Positions 46,410 to 56,603 of a stretch of DNA of 64,000 nucleotides are shown one piece after another (within the stretch, counting starts at the first letter, position 1; each line of letters begins with the position of its first letter). Below the pieces are notes generated by a model that had not been told where the DNA came from, searched no databases, and was given only the letters and a program-made list of their open reading frames with translations. Source of the DNA: an uncultured Chloroflexia bacterium (GTDB lineage Bacteria > Chloroflexota > Limnocylindria > QHBO01); contig CAWIXZ010000014.1 in NCBI GenBank assembly GCA_963840205.1, forward strand, positions 3,039 through 67,038. The letters run 5' to 3'. The translations under genes were made by a program, and so were the position numbers.

Positions 46410-47461
46410 GCGCCGCGGTCGCTTCACCCGCGCGCCCGGAGGCGCCGGAGCCGCTTCTTCGCGTGGAGGGGCTCATGAAGGAGTTCCCGGGTCGACAGTC
46501 GATCTGGGACTGGCTCGCCGGCCGACCAGCCCGACCGGTGCGCGCCGTCGACGGCATCGACTTCGAGCTTCGCGCGGGGGAGGTGCTCGCCCTGGTCGGG
46601 GAGTCTGGCTGCGGGAAGACGACCACCGGAAACCTCCTCATGGGATTGCTGCGGCCGAGCGCGGGCAGGGTGACCCTCCACGGCGAGGAGGTGGGCCAGC
46701 TCTCAGGTCGTGGGCTCCAGCGGCTGCGAAGAAACGTCCAGATGGTGTTCCAGGACCCATACGAGTCCCTGAACCCGCGCATGCGGGTGGGCGAGATCGT
46801 CGCCGAGCCCCTCCGCGTGCACCGTGTCGCCGCCGAGGGTCACGAGCTGCGCGAACGGGTCGCCGTCGCGCTCAGCTCGGCCGGGCTGACGCCGGTCGAG
46901 CCCTACCTCCGCCGCTACCCGTTCGAGCTCTCCGGCGGCCAGCGGCAGCGCGTCGTGATCGCGGCGGCCCTCGCGCTCGAGCCTTCCCTGCTGATCGCCG
47001 ACGAGCCGGTGAGCATGCTCGACGTGAGCATCCGCGCCGAGATCCTGAACCTGCTCTCCGCGCTCGCCCGCGAGCGGGGGATCGCGATCCTCATGATCAC
47101 GCACGACCTGTCGACCGTGGCCGCCTACGCCGATCGGATCGCCGTGATGTACCTCGGGCGGATCGTCGAGCACGGGCCGACGCGCGACGTGCTCGCGGCC
47201 GCGCGCCATCCATACGCCCAGGCGCTGCTCTCGGTGGTCCCGGTGCCCGATCCCGCCACGCGGCGGCGCCCGGTGATCCTGGGCGGCGAGACCCCGGATC
47301 CCGCGCGGATGCCAAGCGGGTGCCGCTTCCATCCGCGCTGCCCGCTCGCGTTCGACCGATGTCCGACGGTGGATCCGCCACTCTTCGTGGTGGGGCCGAG
47401 CCACGCGGCCGCCTGCCTCCTGGTCGAGGACGGCGCGCCGGGAGGCGCCTCCCTCCCCTAG
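46406..47461 (+). CDS. ABC transporter ATP-binding protein (DppF/OppF type)
   Basis: ATGA overlap with the preceding stop. Motifs are GESGCGKTT, LSGGQRQR, ADEPVSMLD and CRFHPRCP. Confidence 0.9.
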   Translation: MSAAVASPARPEAPEPLLRVEGLMKEFPGRQSIWDWLAGRPARPVRAVDGIDFELRAGEVLALVGESGCGKTTTGNLLMGLLRPSAGRVTLHGEEVGQLSGRGLQRLRRNVQMVFQDPYESLNPRMRVGEIVAEPLRVHRVAAEGHELRERVAVALSSAGLTPVEPYLRRYPFELSGGQRQRVVIAAALALEPSLLIADEPVSMLDVSIRAEILNLLSALARERGIAILMITHDLSTVAAYADRIAVMYLGRIVEHGPTRDVLAAARHPYAQALLSVVPVPDPATRRRPVILGGETPDPARMPSGCRFHPRCPLAFDRCPTVDPPLFVVGPSHAAACLLVEDGAPGGASLP

Positions 47462-47988
47462 GGCAGGAGCGCGGCGACGCCGGCCGCCGCGACGAGCGCG
47501 CCAGCCGGCACCGCTGCCCCGAACCGGACGACCGGCGAGGTGACTCGCGCCACGATTGCCGCCACAACGGACGCGGCCAGGGCGCCGCCCACCCCGCCGA
47601 CGGCGGCTGCGAAGGCGTGTGCCATCGCGGGGGAGCTGGCGCCGGCCTGGCGCTCACCGGCGGCGATGGCTCCGAAGACGATGACGAGCAGCGCCGCGAA
47701 GAGGCCGGCGCCGAGCGTGGCGGTCCCCGCGCGTGCCATCCCTCGCTGCGTGGCGCCGGTCACCGCGGCTCCCCCGGCCAGCGCGGCGGCCACCAGGAAG
47801 GTTCCGGGCAGCGCACGATCGGCCGAGGTAGGGCCACCGACGATGAACCACGCCGCCGCAGCCGCCGGCCCGGCGAGCATACCGAGGGCTACGACCCAGG
47901 TGAGCGGCCGTGTCCAATCCTCGGGGTCCTCGGGCGGGATGACCTCGCCCAATCGGACGCTGATGGGGACGTCGTCTGGCGCCGTCAC
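47458..47988 (-). CDS. hypothetical membrane protein coupled to mshC
   Basis: The GTG overlaps the mshC stop (GTGA). The protein is 176 aa, Ala/Gly-rich, with about four TM helices. Confidence 0.45.
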   Translation of the reverse strand: MTAPDDVPISVRLGEVIPPEDPEDWTRPLTWVVALGMLAGPAAAAAWFIVGGPTSADRALPGTFLVAAALAGGAAVTGATQRGMARAGTATLGAGLFAALLVIVFGAIAAGERQAGASSPAMAHAFAAAVGGVGGALAASVVAAIVARVTSPVVRFGAAVPAGALVAAAGVAALLP

Positions 47989-49262
47989 CCGGCGTCGGCC
48001 CGTCGCGACGCCTCCGCGGTCCCGCTCCCCAGGCGAAGCCCCAGGATGCGCGCGCCCAGCTCGCGGACCATCCAGCCAGCCTGTGCCCGCAGGCGGGCGT
48101 CGTGGCCCTGCCCGAGCGCCAGCTCCGCGAGGGCGACCAGCTCGGGTATGGCCCGAGGCGTGTCCAGATCCTCGTCCATCGCCGCGAGGAACCGTGCGCG
48201 GTGATCGGCCACGACGGGCTCCAACGAGGTGAGGTCAGCCCATGCGGATGCCGCCGGCTCGAGCTCCTCGGCGCGCACGGACGCCGCGCGGAGCACTGCG
48301 GCCGCCTCGGCGGAGCGGGCGAGATCCGCCTCGGCGTACTGCACCTCCGAGCGGTAGTGGTGCGAGACGAGGTAGTGGCGGATCGCGTCGCCGGGATACG
48401 TCCGCAGGAGGTCCCGGACCAGGACGAGGTTGCCGAGCGACTTGCTCATCTTCTCCCCGGCGTAGCCGAGCATCCCCGCATGGGTCCAGTGCGCCACGAA
48501 CGGGCGAAGGCCGGTGGCGCCCTCCGACTGCGCGAGCTCCGATTCGTGGTGCGGGAAGATCAGGTCCTCGCCGCCGCCGTGGATCTCGAACCGCGGGCCC
48601 AGGTACGCCATGCTCATCGCCGAACACTCGAGGTGCCATCCCGGCCGCCCGGCGCCCCACGGCGACTCCCACGCGGGCTCGTCAGGCAGCGAGCGCTGCC
48701 ACAGCACGAAGTCGAGCGGGTTCCGCTTCCCGGGCATGTCCGGGATGTTCCCGCGCTCGTTGGCGATCGGCAGCATCTCCACCGGGGACATGTGCGAGAG
48801 CTCGCCGTACGACGGGTACGCCTCGACGCTGAAGTACACGTTCCCCTCGCCGACGTAGGCCAGCCCGCGCTCGATGAGGCGCCCGACGAGGTCGCGCATC
48901 TGCGGGATGTGCTCGGTCGCGCGCGGGTAGTGATCCGGCGGAAGCCAGTTCAGGGCCGCCATCTCGGTGAGGAAGGTCGTGACGTGCCGGTTGCCGAGCG
49001 CGAGGTAGTCCTCTCCGGTGTCGCGCGCGCGGCGCAGCATGTCGTCGTCGACATCGGTCAGGTTCTGGACGTACACGACGTCGTGACCGAGGTACTCGAG
49101 GTACCGATGCAGTACGTCGAAGCCCACGTACGTGAAGGCATGGCCCAGGTGCCCGGTGTCGTACGGCGTCACTCCGCACACATACAGGCCGATCGGGCCG
49201 TCGCCGACGGCCTCGAACGCGTGGAGCCCACCGCGCCTGGCGTCGTGCAGCCGGAGGGTCAC
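47985..49262 (-). CDS. mshC: cysteine:1D-myo-inosityl 2-amino-2-deoxy-alpha-D-glucopyranoside ligase (MshC-type, CysRS paralogue)
   Basis: Class-I core motifs are TGHLGHAF and KMSKSLGN. ERGNIPDMPGKRNPLDFVLWQ and WESPWGAGRPGWHLECSAM are also present. At 425 aa it has no anticodon-binding C-terminal domain. Confidence 0.8.
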   Translation of the reverse strand: MTLRLHDARRGGLHAFEAVGDGPIGLYVCGVTPYDTGHLGHAFTYVGFDVLHRYLEYLGHDVVYVQNLTDVDDDMLRRARDTGEDYLALGNRHVTTFLTEMAALNWLPPDHYPRATEHIPQMRDLVGRLIERGLAYVGEGNVYFSVEAYPSYGELSHMSPVEMLPIANERGNIPDMPGKRNPLDFVLWQRSLPDEPAWESPWGAGRPGWHLECSAMSMAYLGPRFEIHGGGEDLIFPHHESELAQSEGATGLRPFVAHWTHAGMLGYAGEKMSKSLGNLVLVRDLLRTYPGDAIRHYLVSHHYRSEVQYAEADLARSAEAAAVLRAASVRAEELEPAASAWADLTSLEPVVADHRARFLAAMDEDLDTPRAIPELVALAELALGQGHDARLRAQAGWMVRELGARILGLRLGSGTAEASRRADAG

Positions 49263-49349
49263 CGCGAAGTACCACCCCCCGAAAGGATCATCGCGAGAGC
49301 GGAGGAGCAGGGCATAGAATCTCGCTGGGTTCGCAATGGGAGGCCGAGC

Positions 49350-49454
49350 GTGGAAGTCCTGCGGTGGGTGCTCTTCTTCCTCGTCGCGCTGCTGCTGGTG
49401 GTGTACGGGATCTTCTGGCTCGCCGGCCGCCAGATGCCCATGCCCACCTTCTGA
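49350..49454 (+). CDS. possible 34-aa single-TM peptide
   Basis: GGGAGG lies 6 nt before GTG 49350. The translation is VEVLRWVLFFLVALLLVVYGIFWLAGRQMPMPTF. Confidence 0.3.
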   Translation: MEVLRWVLFFLVALLLVVYGIFWLAGRQMPMPTF

Positions 49455-49461
49455 GGCCGCC

Positions 49462-49920
49462 TCACCACAAGCGCGGCTTCGTGCTCATCAGGAAGCCGAT
49501 GACGCCGATGGCGCCCGCCATCCCGTATGCCACCAGGCGCTGGCGTCGAGCCAGCCGCGACCACGCATCGTCGCCGCCTGCCGCTGCACCACCTGGGCCG
49601 ATGCCGACCATGCGCCGCAGGTTCGGCCGGCTGATCAGGGCCGCCACGGCCAGGTTGACGGCGTAGAGCGTGAGCGCGGCCAGCAGCCACGGCTGCGTGA
49701 GCAGCTGGGGGCCGAGGATCCAGAGCATCGCCCCGCCGGTCAGGGCGAGCCCGGCGCCGATGATGAGCGTCCCGCCCCCCTGCATCGCCATCAGCGCGCG
49801 CGTGAGCGGGCTCGTGGGCGACCCGCCGCGTCGGAGGACGAACGGCAGGACCACGCTCGGAAGCAGCATGGACACCGCGAGGCCGATGTGGACCGCCAGG
49901 AGCACCGGGAACCAGCTCAT
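49462..49920 (-). CDS. integral membrane protein (DUF2269-like)
   Basis: 152 aa with four TM helices, beginning MSWFPVLLAVHIGLAV... The family name is from memory. Confidence 0.55.
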   Translation of the reverse strand: MSWFPVLLAVHIGLAVSMLLPSVVLPFVLRRGGSPTSPLTRALMAMQGGGTLIIGAGLALTGGAMLWILGPQLLTQPWLLAALTLYAVNLAVAALISRPNLRRMVGIGPGGAAAGGDDAWSRLARRQRLVAYGMAGAIGVIGFLMSTKPRLW

Positions 49921-49941
49921 CGGCTCCCGATGCTAGCGTAC

Positions 49942-50314
49942 CTAGCCTTTGGTGCCCCTCGCCGCAGTCTTGCGTCGCCTGCTATCCATCACACCGAGCC
50001 GCCGGAGCAGTGTCGGGACGTTGATCGCCCAGCCGACGCCGAGCGGACGCTCGGTGAAGATCTTCTGCGAGCGCGGGTTCCAGTAGGCGAGCCGCAGGTC
50101 GTTCAGCTTCGGGATGCGCAGGTCGTAGGGCACCACGCCCAGCAGCTTGCCGTGCCACGTGCGCCGCTGTGGTGGCTTTCGCAGCTCGGTGTAGACCGCG
50201 CCGATGACCGCGCCCAGCGACGAGCGTCCGCAGCAGCCAGACGAAGTCCCGAAACTCGCTGCCGACGGTGTCGGCACGCTTCGAGAGGTCGTCAACCATG
50301 TCGTCGATGTTCAT
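49942..50314 (-). pseudogene. small conserved protein (DUF5808-like motif), frame-shifted as given
   Basis: ATG 50314 follows GAGGAGG. MNIDDMVDDLSKRADTVGSEFRDFVWLLRT joins ..SSLGAVIGAVYTELRK..VVPYDLRIPKLNDLRLAYWNPRSQKIFTERPLGVGWAINV near 50222-50230. Confidence 0.5.
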
Positions 50315-50386
50315 TGGTCCTCCTCGTGCGCGCAGCATTCGCAAGCGCTGTGCCGCGTGCACGCTCGCCCGTAGACTCTAGCGCCG

Positions 50387-51347
50387 ATGCCGACGACGAC
50401 CGACGGACTGCCATTCCTCTCCGGGGACGAGATTCGCCGCGCGGTGCCGATGGCGGACATGCTGGACGCCGTCGAGGCCGCCTACCGCGACGTCGCGGCG
50501 GGCAGAGACCGATCGCCGCAGCGCATTCACGTGCCGGTGGACGCCGGCGACCTTCTCCTCATGCCGGGGATCCGGACGGGGGCGATCGGGCTTCAGCGTG
50601 AAGCTCGTCACGGTCGTCGCCTCGAACGCGGATCGCGGCCTCCCGACGGTGCAGGCCGTGGTCGTCTGGTTCGACGCCGCGAGCGGTCGGCCGTTGGCGC
50701 TGATCGACGGGCCGACACTCACCGCCATGCGCACCGGCGCCGCCTCGGGGGTTGCCACCCGGCTCCTCGCGCGGGCCGATGCCTCCGTGTGCGCGATCAT
50801 CGGCGTCGGCGCCCAGGCCGAATGGCAGTTGCGCGCCATCCTGGCGGCGGGGCCAATCCGGCGCTTCCTCGTGTACGCCCGCGGCGCGGAGGCGCGTGAC
50901 GCGTTCGCGCAGCGGATGAGCGCCGAGCACACGCTGGAGGTTCGGGCGGTGGCGACCGCGGAGGAGGCGGTGCGGGCAGCGGACGTCGTGTGCTGCGCGA
51001 CGACCTCGTCGACGCCCGTCTTCGACGCCGCCTGGCTGCGCGACGGCGCGCACGTCAACGGCGTTGGCGCCTATCGGCTGGGGATGGTCGAGCTGCCGCC
51101 CGAGCTCTTCGCGCGCGCCTCCCTCGTGGCGGTGGACTCGCGTGAGGCCGCGATGGCCGAGGCGGGGGACCTGGTTGACGCGATCGAGAGGGGCCTGATC
51201 CGGGAGGATGCGCTGGTCGAGATCGGCTCGGTGGACCCGGCGTGGGTGGCCGGGCGCGATCCGCAGGCAATCACCGCGTTCAAATCGGTCGGTCTGGCGA
51301 TCCAGGACGTCGCCGCGGCCGAGCTGATCGTGCGCAGGCTGCTCTAG
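50387..51347 (+). pseudogene. ornithine cyclodeaminase/mu-crystallin family protein, frame-shifted as given
   Basis: The N-terminal ~70 aa are in ORF 50387.. and the rest in ORF 50598..51347. Motifs are LTAMRTGAASGVATRLLAR and Rossmann IIGVGAQA. The junction is near 50590-50597. Confidence 0.8.
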
Positions 51348-52228
51348 GCCGCCCAGCGGTGGATCCGCTCGCGGATCCGGTCGAACCCGAGCTCGACGCA
51401 CAGCGCGAGGAACTCCTCGCGCGGCACGCCGCGCCACTCGAGGTCGTCGAGCGTCGGGGTCACCTCGTCGATCGCCGCGTCGCGGTTGAGGATGGCCAGG
51501 CGCCGGTAGAGGTACGCCTCAGCCCGCTGCTGGTCGAGCGTGGCCGCCAGCCGGCTCGCGTTGCGGAGCGGGACGTCCCACTCCAGCGCCGACGCGGGGA
51601 TGGCCTCGAGGTGCTCCCAGCGCGCGAGGACGGCGGCCGCGCTCTTGGCGCCCCAGCCCGGCAGGCCCGGATACCCGTCGCTGCTGTCGCCAACCAGCGC
51701 GAGGTAGTCGGGGATGCTCGTCGGCCGGACGCCCCACTTGCCGATCACGCCGGCCTCGTCGTACGTGACCTTGCGCATCCGGTCGCGCAGGACGACGCGC
51801 TCACCCTCGACGAGCTGCGCGAGGTCCTTGTCGACGCTGCACACGATGACCTGCTCCAGGCGCGGGTCGTCTCCGAACCGCGCGAGGGCGGTCGCGATGC
51901 CGTCGTCGGCCTCGTCCTCGACCATCGGCCAGACCTTGAGGCCGATCGCGCGCAGCGCTCGCTCGGCATCTCTGAACTGCGCGAGCAGGTCGGGGTCGAT
52001 GCCGGCGCTCGACTTGTAGCCGGGATAGACGTCGTTGCGCCACGACTCGATGACGTAGTCGGTCGCCGCGCCGACGTGCGTCACGTCCGGCTCGCGCAGG
52101 AGGGAGAGCATCGAGTCCAGCAGCCCGTGGACGGCGTTCGTGGGGCGACCGTCCGGACCGTGCTCCATCGGCCGCGAGTAGAAGGCCCGGAACAGCTCGA
52201 AGGTGGCGTCGACGAGGTGGAGCTTCAC
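51344..52228 (-). CDS. 5'-3' exonuclease / flap endonuclease (Pol I N-terminal-domain-like)
   Basis: GTG 52228 overlaps the GNAT stop (GTGA). Motifs are LHLVDATFELFRAFY, acidic clusters DDGIAT and SVDKDL, and the H3TH LVGDSSDGYPGLPGWGAKSAA. Confidence 0.85.
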   Translation of the reverse strand: MKLHLVDATFELFRAFYSRPMEHGPDGRPTNAVHGLLDSMLSLLREPDVTHVGAATDYVIESWRNDVYPGYKSSAGIDPDLLAQFRDAERALRAIGLKVWPMVEDEADDGIATALARFGDDPRLEQVIVCSVDKDLAQLVEGERVVLRDRMRKVTYDEAGVIGKWGVRPTSIPDYLALVGDSSDGYPGLPGWGAKSAAAVLARWEHLEAIPASALEWDVPLRNASRLAATLDQQRAEAYLYRRLAILNRDAAIDEVTPTLDDLEWRGVPREEFLALCVELGFDRIRERIHRWAA

Positions 52229-52746
52229 TCGTCGGCCCCATCCGGGGAGAGCTCGAGAACTAGGGCGTCCTCGTCCCGCCGGAATCCAGCGCGACCGTAG
52301 AATTCGCCGCTCAGCTCGCTCGGCCAGAGCAGCAGGATCTGCCAGCCGGACGCAGCGGCCGCCTCGATAGCGGAGTCCAGGATGCGGCGACCCAGTCCGG
52401 CGTTGCGATACTCCGGCGCCACGTACACGTTCGTGACGTAGCCCCAGTGCTCCGCTCGCTCGTACGGCCGAGGCACCTTGTCGACGCGCTCGACCCAGAG
52501 GGTCCCCACGAGCCGGTCGCTCGCTTGCGCGATCCATATCGTCCAGCGCCCACTGGCGAGAAACTCGCGGAGCGAACTGCCGAAGCGTGCCGTGAAGGCA
52601 TCGCGATCCTCGTCGGCGTGATGCAGCTCGACCGTAAACTCCCAACGCAGACGGGCGAGCTCCTCCGCGTCGGCCGCCTCGGCCCTGCGAATCGTCAGCG
52701 CTGCGGCATCGGGCCCGCCGCATGGTACGCGGCGGGGATTTGTCAC
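52225..52746 (-). CDS. GNAT-family N-acetyltransferase
   Basis: The acetyl-CoA loop YRNAGLGRRILDSAIEAA is present, with a length typical of GNATs. Confidence 0.8.
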   Translation of the reverse strand: MTNPRRVPCGGPDAAALTIRRAEAADAEELARLRWEFTVELHHADEDRDAFTARFGSSLREFLASGRWTIWIAQASDRLVGTLWVERVDKVPRPYERAEHWGYVTNVYVAPEYRNAGLGRRILDSAIEAAAASGWQILLLWPSELSGEFYGRAGFRRDEDALVLELSPDGADE

Positions 52747-52950
52747 TTTGATTGTTCGTCGGGTTCGGGTGACCGCCCTGGCGGCGCAGGCGCCGAAGCG
52801 GTCCAGTAAGCGAGCAGTAATCGGGAGTGCGGCACGCTGCGCGCAGCGGGGAAGGTGCGGCGTGGAGAGCGTGCCCGCGTCCGCCGGTCGCGGTTCCCGG
52901 CCGGGGTCGGCGGCCCACGTCGTGCCTTCGCCGCGTGACGTCGCGCAGGC

Positions 52951-54702
52951 TCAGACGGCGAGCGGCTCGCGGTACTCGCCGTAGACGCGGCGGAGGACGC
53001 CGCACATCTCGCCGATCGTGGCGTAGGCGGCGACCGCCTCGACGATGGCGGGCATGAGGTTGACGTCGCCGCGTGCGGCCTCGTCCTCCAGGCGGCGCAT
53101 GGCCGCGGCGTGCGCGTCGGCGTCGCGCTCGGCGCGCACGCGGGCGAGCCGGTCGAGGTGGCGGCGCTCCTGCTCTGGGCTGATGGCGAGCAGCGGGATG
53201 CGGAGCTCCTCGTTCGGATCGGCGTAGCGGGTGACGCCGACGATGTCGCGCTCGTGCGCCTCGAGCTCGCGCGACTGCTCGTAGGCCGCATCGGCGATCT
53301 CGGCCTGCGGGAAGCCGGCCTCGAGGGCGCGGACCATGCCGCCCATCTCGTCGATCTGCGCGATGTACGCCCAGGCGCGCTGCTCGGTCTGGTTCGTGAG
53401 CGTCTCGACGAAGTACGAGCCGGCGAGCGGGTCGACCGTGTTCGCCGCGCCGGACTCCTCGGCGATGATCTGCTGCTGCCGCAGGGCGAGCATGGCGGCC
53501 TCCTCCGAGGGGACCGCCCACGCCTCGTCGTACGCATCGGTATGGAGCGACTGGGTGCCGCCGATGACGCCGGCGAGCGCCTGGATGGCGACGCGCGTCA
53601 GGTTGTTGAGCGGCTGCTGCGCGGTGAGGGAGACGCCCGCGGTCTGGGTGTGGAAGCGCATCCACGTCGAGCGCTCGTTCTCGGCGCCGAAGCGCTCGGT
53701 GGCGAGCTTGTACCAGATGCGCCGCGCGGCGCGGAACTTCGCGATCTCCTCGAAGAAGTCGTTGTGGCTGTTGAAGAAGAACGAGAGGCGCGGCGCGAAG
53801 TCGTCGAAGCGCATCCCGCGCGCGAGGGCGTCCTCCACGTAGGCGATGCCATCGGCGATGGTGAAGGCGAGCTCCTGGACCGCGGTCGAGCCCGCCTCGC
53901 GGATGTGGTAGCCCGAGATCGAGATCGTGTTCCAGCGCGGCAGCTCGCGCGTGCCCCACTCGACCGTGTCGGTGACGAGCTTGAGCGAGGGCGCCGGCGG
54001 GAAGATGTACTCCTTCTGCGCGATGAACTCCTTGAGGATGTCGTTCTGGAGCGTGCCGGTGAGCTGCGCGCGCGGCACGCCCATCTTCTCGGCGGCCACG
54101 ATGTACATCGCCCAGATCATCGCCGCGGGCGAGTTGATGGTCATCGACGTCGAGATCTCGCCGACCGGCAGGCCGTCGAGCAGGATCTCCATGTCCGCCA
54201 GGCTCGAGACGGCCACGCCGCAGGTGCCGAACTCGCCCTCGGCCATCGGGTCGTCGTGGTCGTAGCCGTAGAGCGTCGGCATGTCGTACGCGATCGAGAG
54301 CCCCGTGCCGCCCGCCGCGATCAGCTTCTTGAAGCGGTCGTTCGTGTCCTCGGCGGTGCCGAAGCCGGCGAACATGCGCATCGTCCACACGCGGCCGCGG
54401 TGGCCGGTGGGGTGGATGCCTCGCGTGAACGGCGGCTCGCCGGGGAGCCCGAGATCGTCGACCTCGTCCCAGCCGCTGGCGTCATCCGGCTTCGCCGCCC
54501 CGGCGAACTGGTAGCGAGGCCGGCCGGCATCGGGGTCGTTCGCCGGATCCGCCAGGTCCGCGGGGGTGTAGACCCGGTCGATCTCGACCCCCGACTGCGT
54601 GATGAAGCGCTCCTTGCGCTCTGGCCCGCGCTCGAGGGCCGGGCGAAGGCGCTCGGCCTCCCATCGATCCTCGTGCTCGCGCCAGCGTTTGGGGTCGCTC
54701 AT
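52951..54702 (-). CDS. acyl-CoA mutase large (substrate-binding) subunit, isobutyryl-CoA-mutase-like
   Basis: Collinear with MCM/ICM TIM-barrel subunits: [66 protein letters not shown]. No B12-binding domain is present. Confidence 0.9.
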   Translation of the reverse strand: MSDPKRWREHEDRWEAERLRPALERGPERKERFITQSGVEIDRVYTPADLADPANDPDAGRPRYQFAGAAKPDDASGWDEVDDLGLPGEPPFTRGIHPTGHRGRVWTMRMFAGFGTAEDTNDRFKKLIAAGGTGLSIAYDMPTLYGYDHDDPMAEGEFGTCGVAVSSLADMEILLDGLPVGEISTSMTINSPAAMIWAMYIVAAEKMGVPRAQLTGTLQNDILKEFIAQKEYIFPPAPSLKLVTDTVEWGTRELPRWNTISISGYHIREAGSTAVQELAFTIADGIAYVEDALARGMRFDDFAPRLSFFFNSHNDFFEEIAKFRAARRIWYKLATERFGAENERSTWMRFHTQTAGVSLTAQQPLNNLTRVAIQALAGVIGGTQSLHTDAYDEAWAVPSEEAAMLALRQQQIIAEESGAANTVDPLAGSYFVETLTNQTEQRAWAYIAQIDEMGGMVRALEAGFPQAEIADAAYEQSRELEAHERDIVGVTRYADPNEELRIPLLAISPEQERRHLDRLARVRAERDADAHAAAMRRLEDEAARGDVNLMPAIVEAVAAYATIGEMCGVLRRVYGEYREPLAV

Positions 54703-54891
54703 GCGGCGGAGTGTGCGGGCAAGACCGATGCGCCCGCAACCGGCGATTCGCGGGCGGGCACGGCCGTTGCATTGCAGCGGCGCATGTTTGCACTCATTCG
54801 ACGCTTCGTCATCGGCTGGCTGCTCATGCGAGTGGTCCGCAGGCTCATGCGGGGCCAGGCCCCGGCCGGACCTCCTCGCCGCTAGGTTCGA

Positions 54892-55833
54892 TCAGGCGCG
54901 TGCGGCGTCGCGCTCCAGCGCGGCCGCGCGGCGCGCCTCGAACCGCGTGGCGGACGCGTCGAGCTCGTCGAGGAATAGGCGCAGCTCGTGGCGGCGGAGC
55001 TCGGCAGAGGGCTCCAGCCCCTCGAGCTCGAACACGCCCCAGTGGCTCAGGAGCGGCCAGATGACCTCGTCGTGGTGCACGCGGAGGTCGTAGATGCCGG
55101 CCTTGGCCATCTGCGCCGCCTTGCGGGTGAAGTTCACCATCCCGGCGCCCGGGCATCTGGAAGTCGGTGATCTCATCCGCGATCGCGTGGACCGCGGCTG
55201 ACGGATCGAGCTTGATCGCCTCGCGAGAGCATGTCGCGGTAGAAGACCATGTGCAGGTTCTCGTCGGCGGCGATGCGGGCCATGATTCGATCGGCCACCG
55301 GATCGGACGAGTACTGGCCGGTGTTGCGGTGGCTGATCCGCGTCGCGAGCTCCTGGAACGCGACGTAGGCCAGGCCACGCAGGACGTTGCCGCCGTCGTC
55401 GTGGTTGTAGGCGGTCTGAAGCTGGTTCATCCGCCCGCGCTCGAGCGCGACCGGATCGATGTTGCGCGTGACGACGAGGTAGTCGCGCAGCACGATCGCG
55501 TGGCGGCCCTCCTCCGCGGTCCATCGGTTCACCCAGTTGATCCAGGCGCCGTCGCCGCGCGCCGAACATGCGATGAATCTCGCGGTGGTACGAGGGCAGG
55601 TTGTCCTCGGTGAGGAGGTTCACCTCGAAGGCGATCTGCGCGACGCCGCTGATGCGCGGCTGGTCCGGCGTCCAGGGCTCCTTGTCGAAGTCACGGCCGA
55701 GCGAGTAGGGGATGTAGTCGTGCGGGAACCACTCCTTCGCCATCGAGACGTGGCGGTTCATGAGGCGCGCCGCCGCGGGCTCGAGCTCGATGAGCAGATC
55801 GCGGGGTGGGACGAGAATTGGGTGCGTGGACAT
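54892..55833 (-). pseudogene. soluble acyl-ACP desaturase (DesA-type di-iron), three frame changes as given
   Basis: Di-iron motifs are WTAEEGRH and AADENLHM. Four collinear pieces (frames 0,2,1,0) join near 55545-55550, 55220-55226 and 55145-55150. Confidence 0.8.
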
Positions 55834-55916
55834 GCGGTCTCCGGTGCGGGCGCCCCGCAGGTCACGGCGCGCAGAAAGGATCGTACGATCGAATACGGTT
55901 CAGCGCCCGGATCGCA

Positions 55917-56603
55917 TCATTCGTGCCCCACCGTCCTCACGCGGGCACGCCGCTCGTAGCGCGTCACCACGGCCCAGGCGACGACGCCGAACGCGGCCAG
56001 CGACACCAGGTGACCGATCACGTTCAGCGAGAGAAGGAGGTCGAGGACGAAGAATCCCAGCACCAGGACTGGAACGACGCGCGGCACGAAACGTGAGCGC
56101 CAGAGCGCTGCCACCAAGACCAGGATGCCGAGCGCGGAGCCCAGGAGGAACGTCGCGACCACGACGATTCCGGGGAGGGAGCGGTACCCCTCCTCGAGGA
56201 CCCCGATCGCGGCCGCGTCGTCGCCCCCCACCTGGAACCCGTACGCGGCGACCAGCACTCCGTGAATCGCAGCGAGGCCGACCATTCCCACGGTGAGAAG
56301 GGCGAGGGCGGCCCACGCGAGTCTCCGGGAGTCGCGGAGGCTCAACGAAGCCATCGCTGCGAATCCGCCGATGAGGAATGGGACCGCAAGGAGGCCTGCG
56401 GCGATCGATACGCCAGCGGCATTCTGGTTCTCGCTCCACATCGCCACGCGCGCACTGGCGTCGGCCGGCGGCGCAGGAACGATCAGGAATTCCACGGCCT
56501 GCAGCACGGGCCCGATGAGAAGCACGGCCGCGACGACCCAACGGGCGCGGCCCGTGAACGGGTGCGGCGGCGCGGGCGACCCCGGCGCGTCCGCATGGGC
56601 CAT
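55917..56603 (-). CDS. hypothetical integral membrane protein coupled to the GDH-like gene
   Basis: ATG 56603 shares one base with the upstream TAA (TAATG). The protein has about six TM helices. Confidence 0.5.
   Translation of the reverse strand: MAHADAPGSPAPPHPFTGRARWVVAAVLLIGPVLQAVEFLIVPAPPADASARVAMWSENQNAAGVSIAAGLLAVPFLIGGFAAMASLSLRDSRRLAWAALALLTVGMVGLAAIHGVLVAAYGFQVGGDDAAAIGVLEEGYRSLPGIVVVATFLLGSALGILVLVAALWRSRFVPRVVPVLVLGFFVLDLLLSLNVIGHLVSLAAFGVVAWAVVTRYERRARVRTVGHE

Noticed and set aside
52229-54388. The upstream two-thirds of the 1014-aa minus-strand ORF 51344..54388
   Set aside because: Only the last 294 codons (the FEN exonuclease, from GTG 52228) show homology. The rest is an alternative frame over the GNAT and mutase genes.
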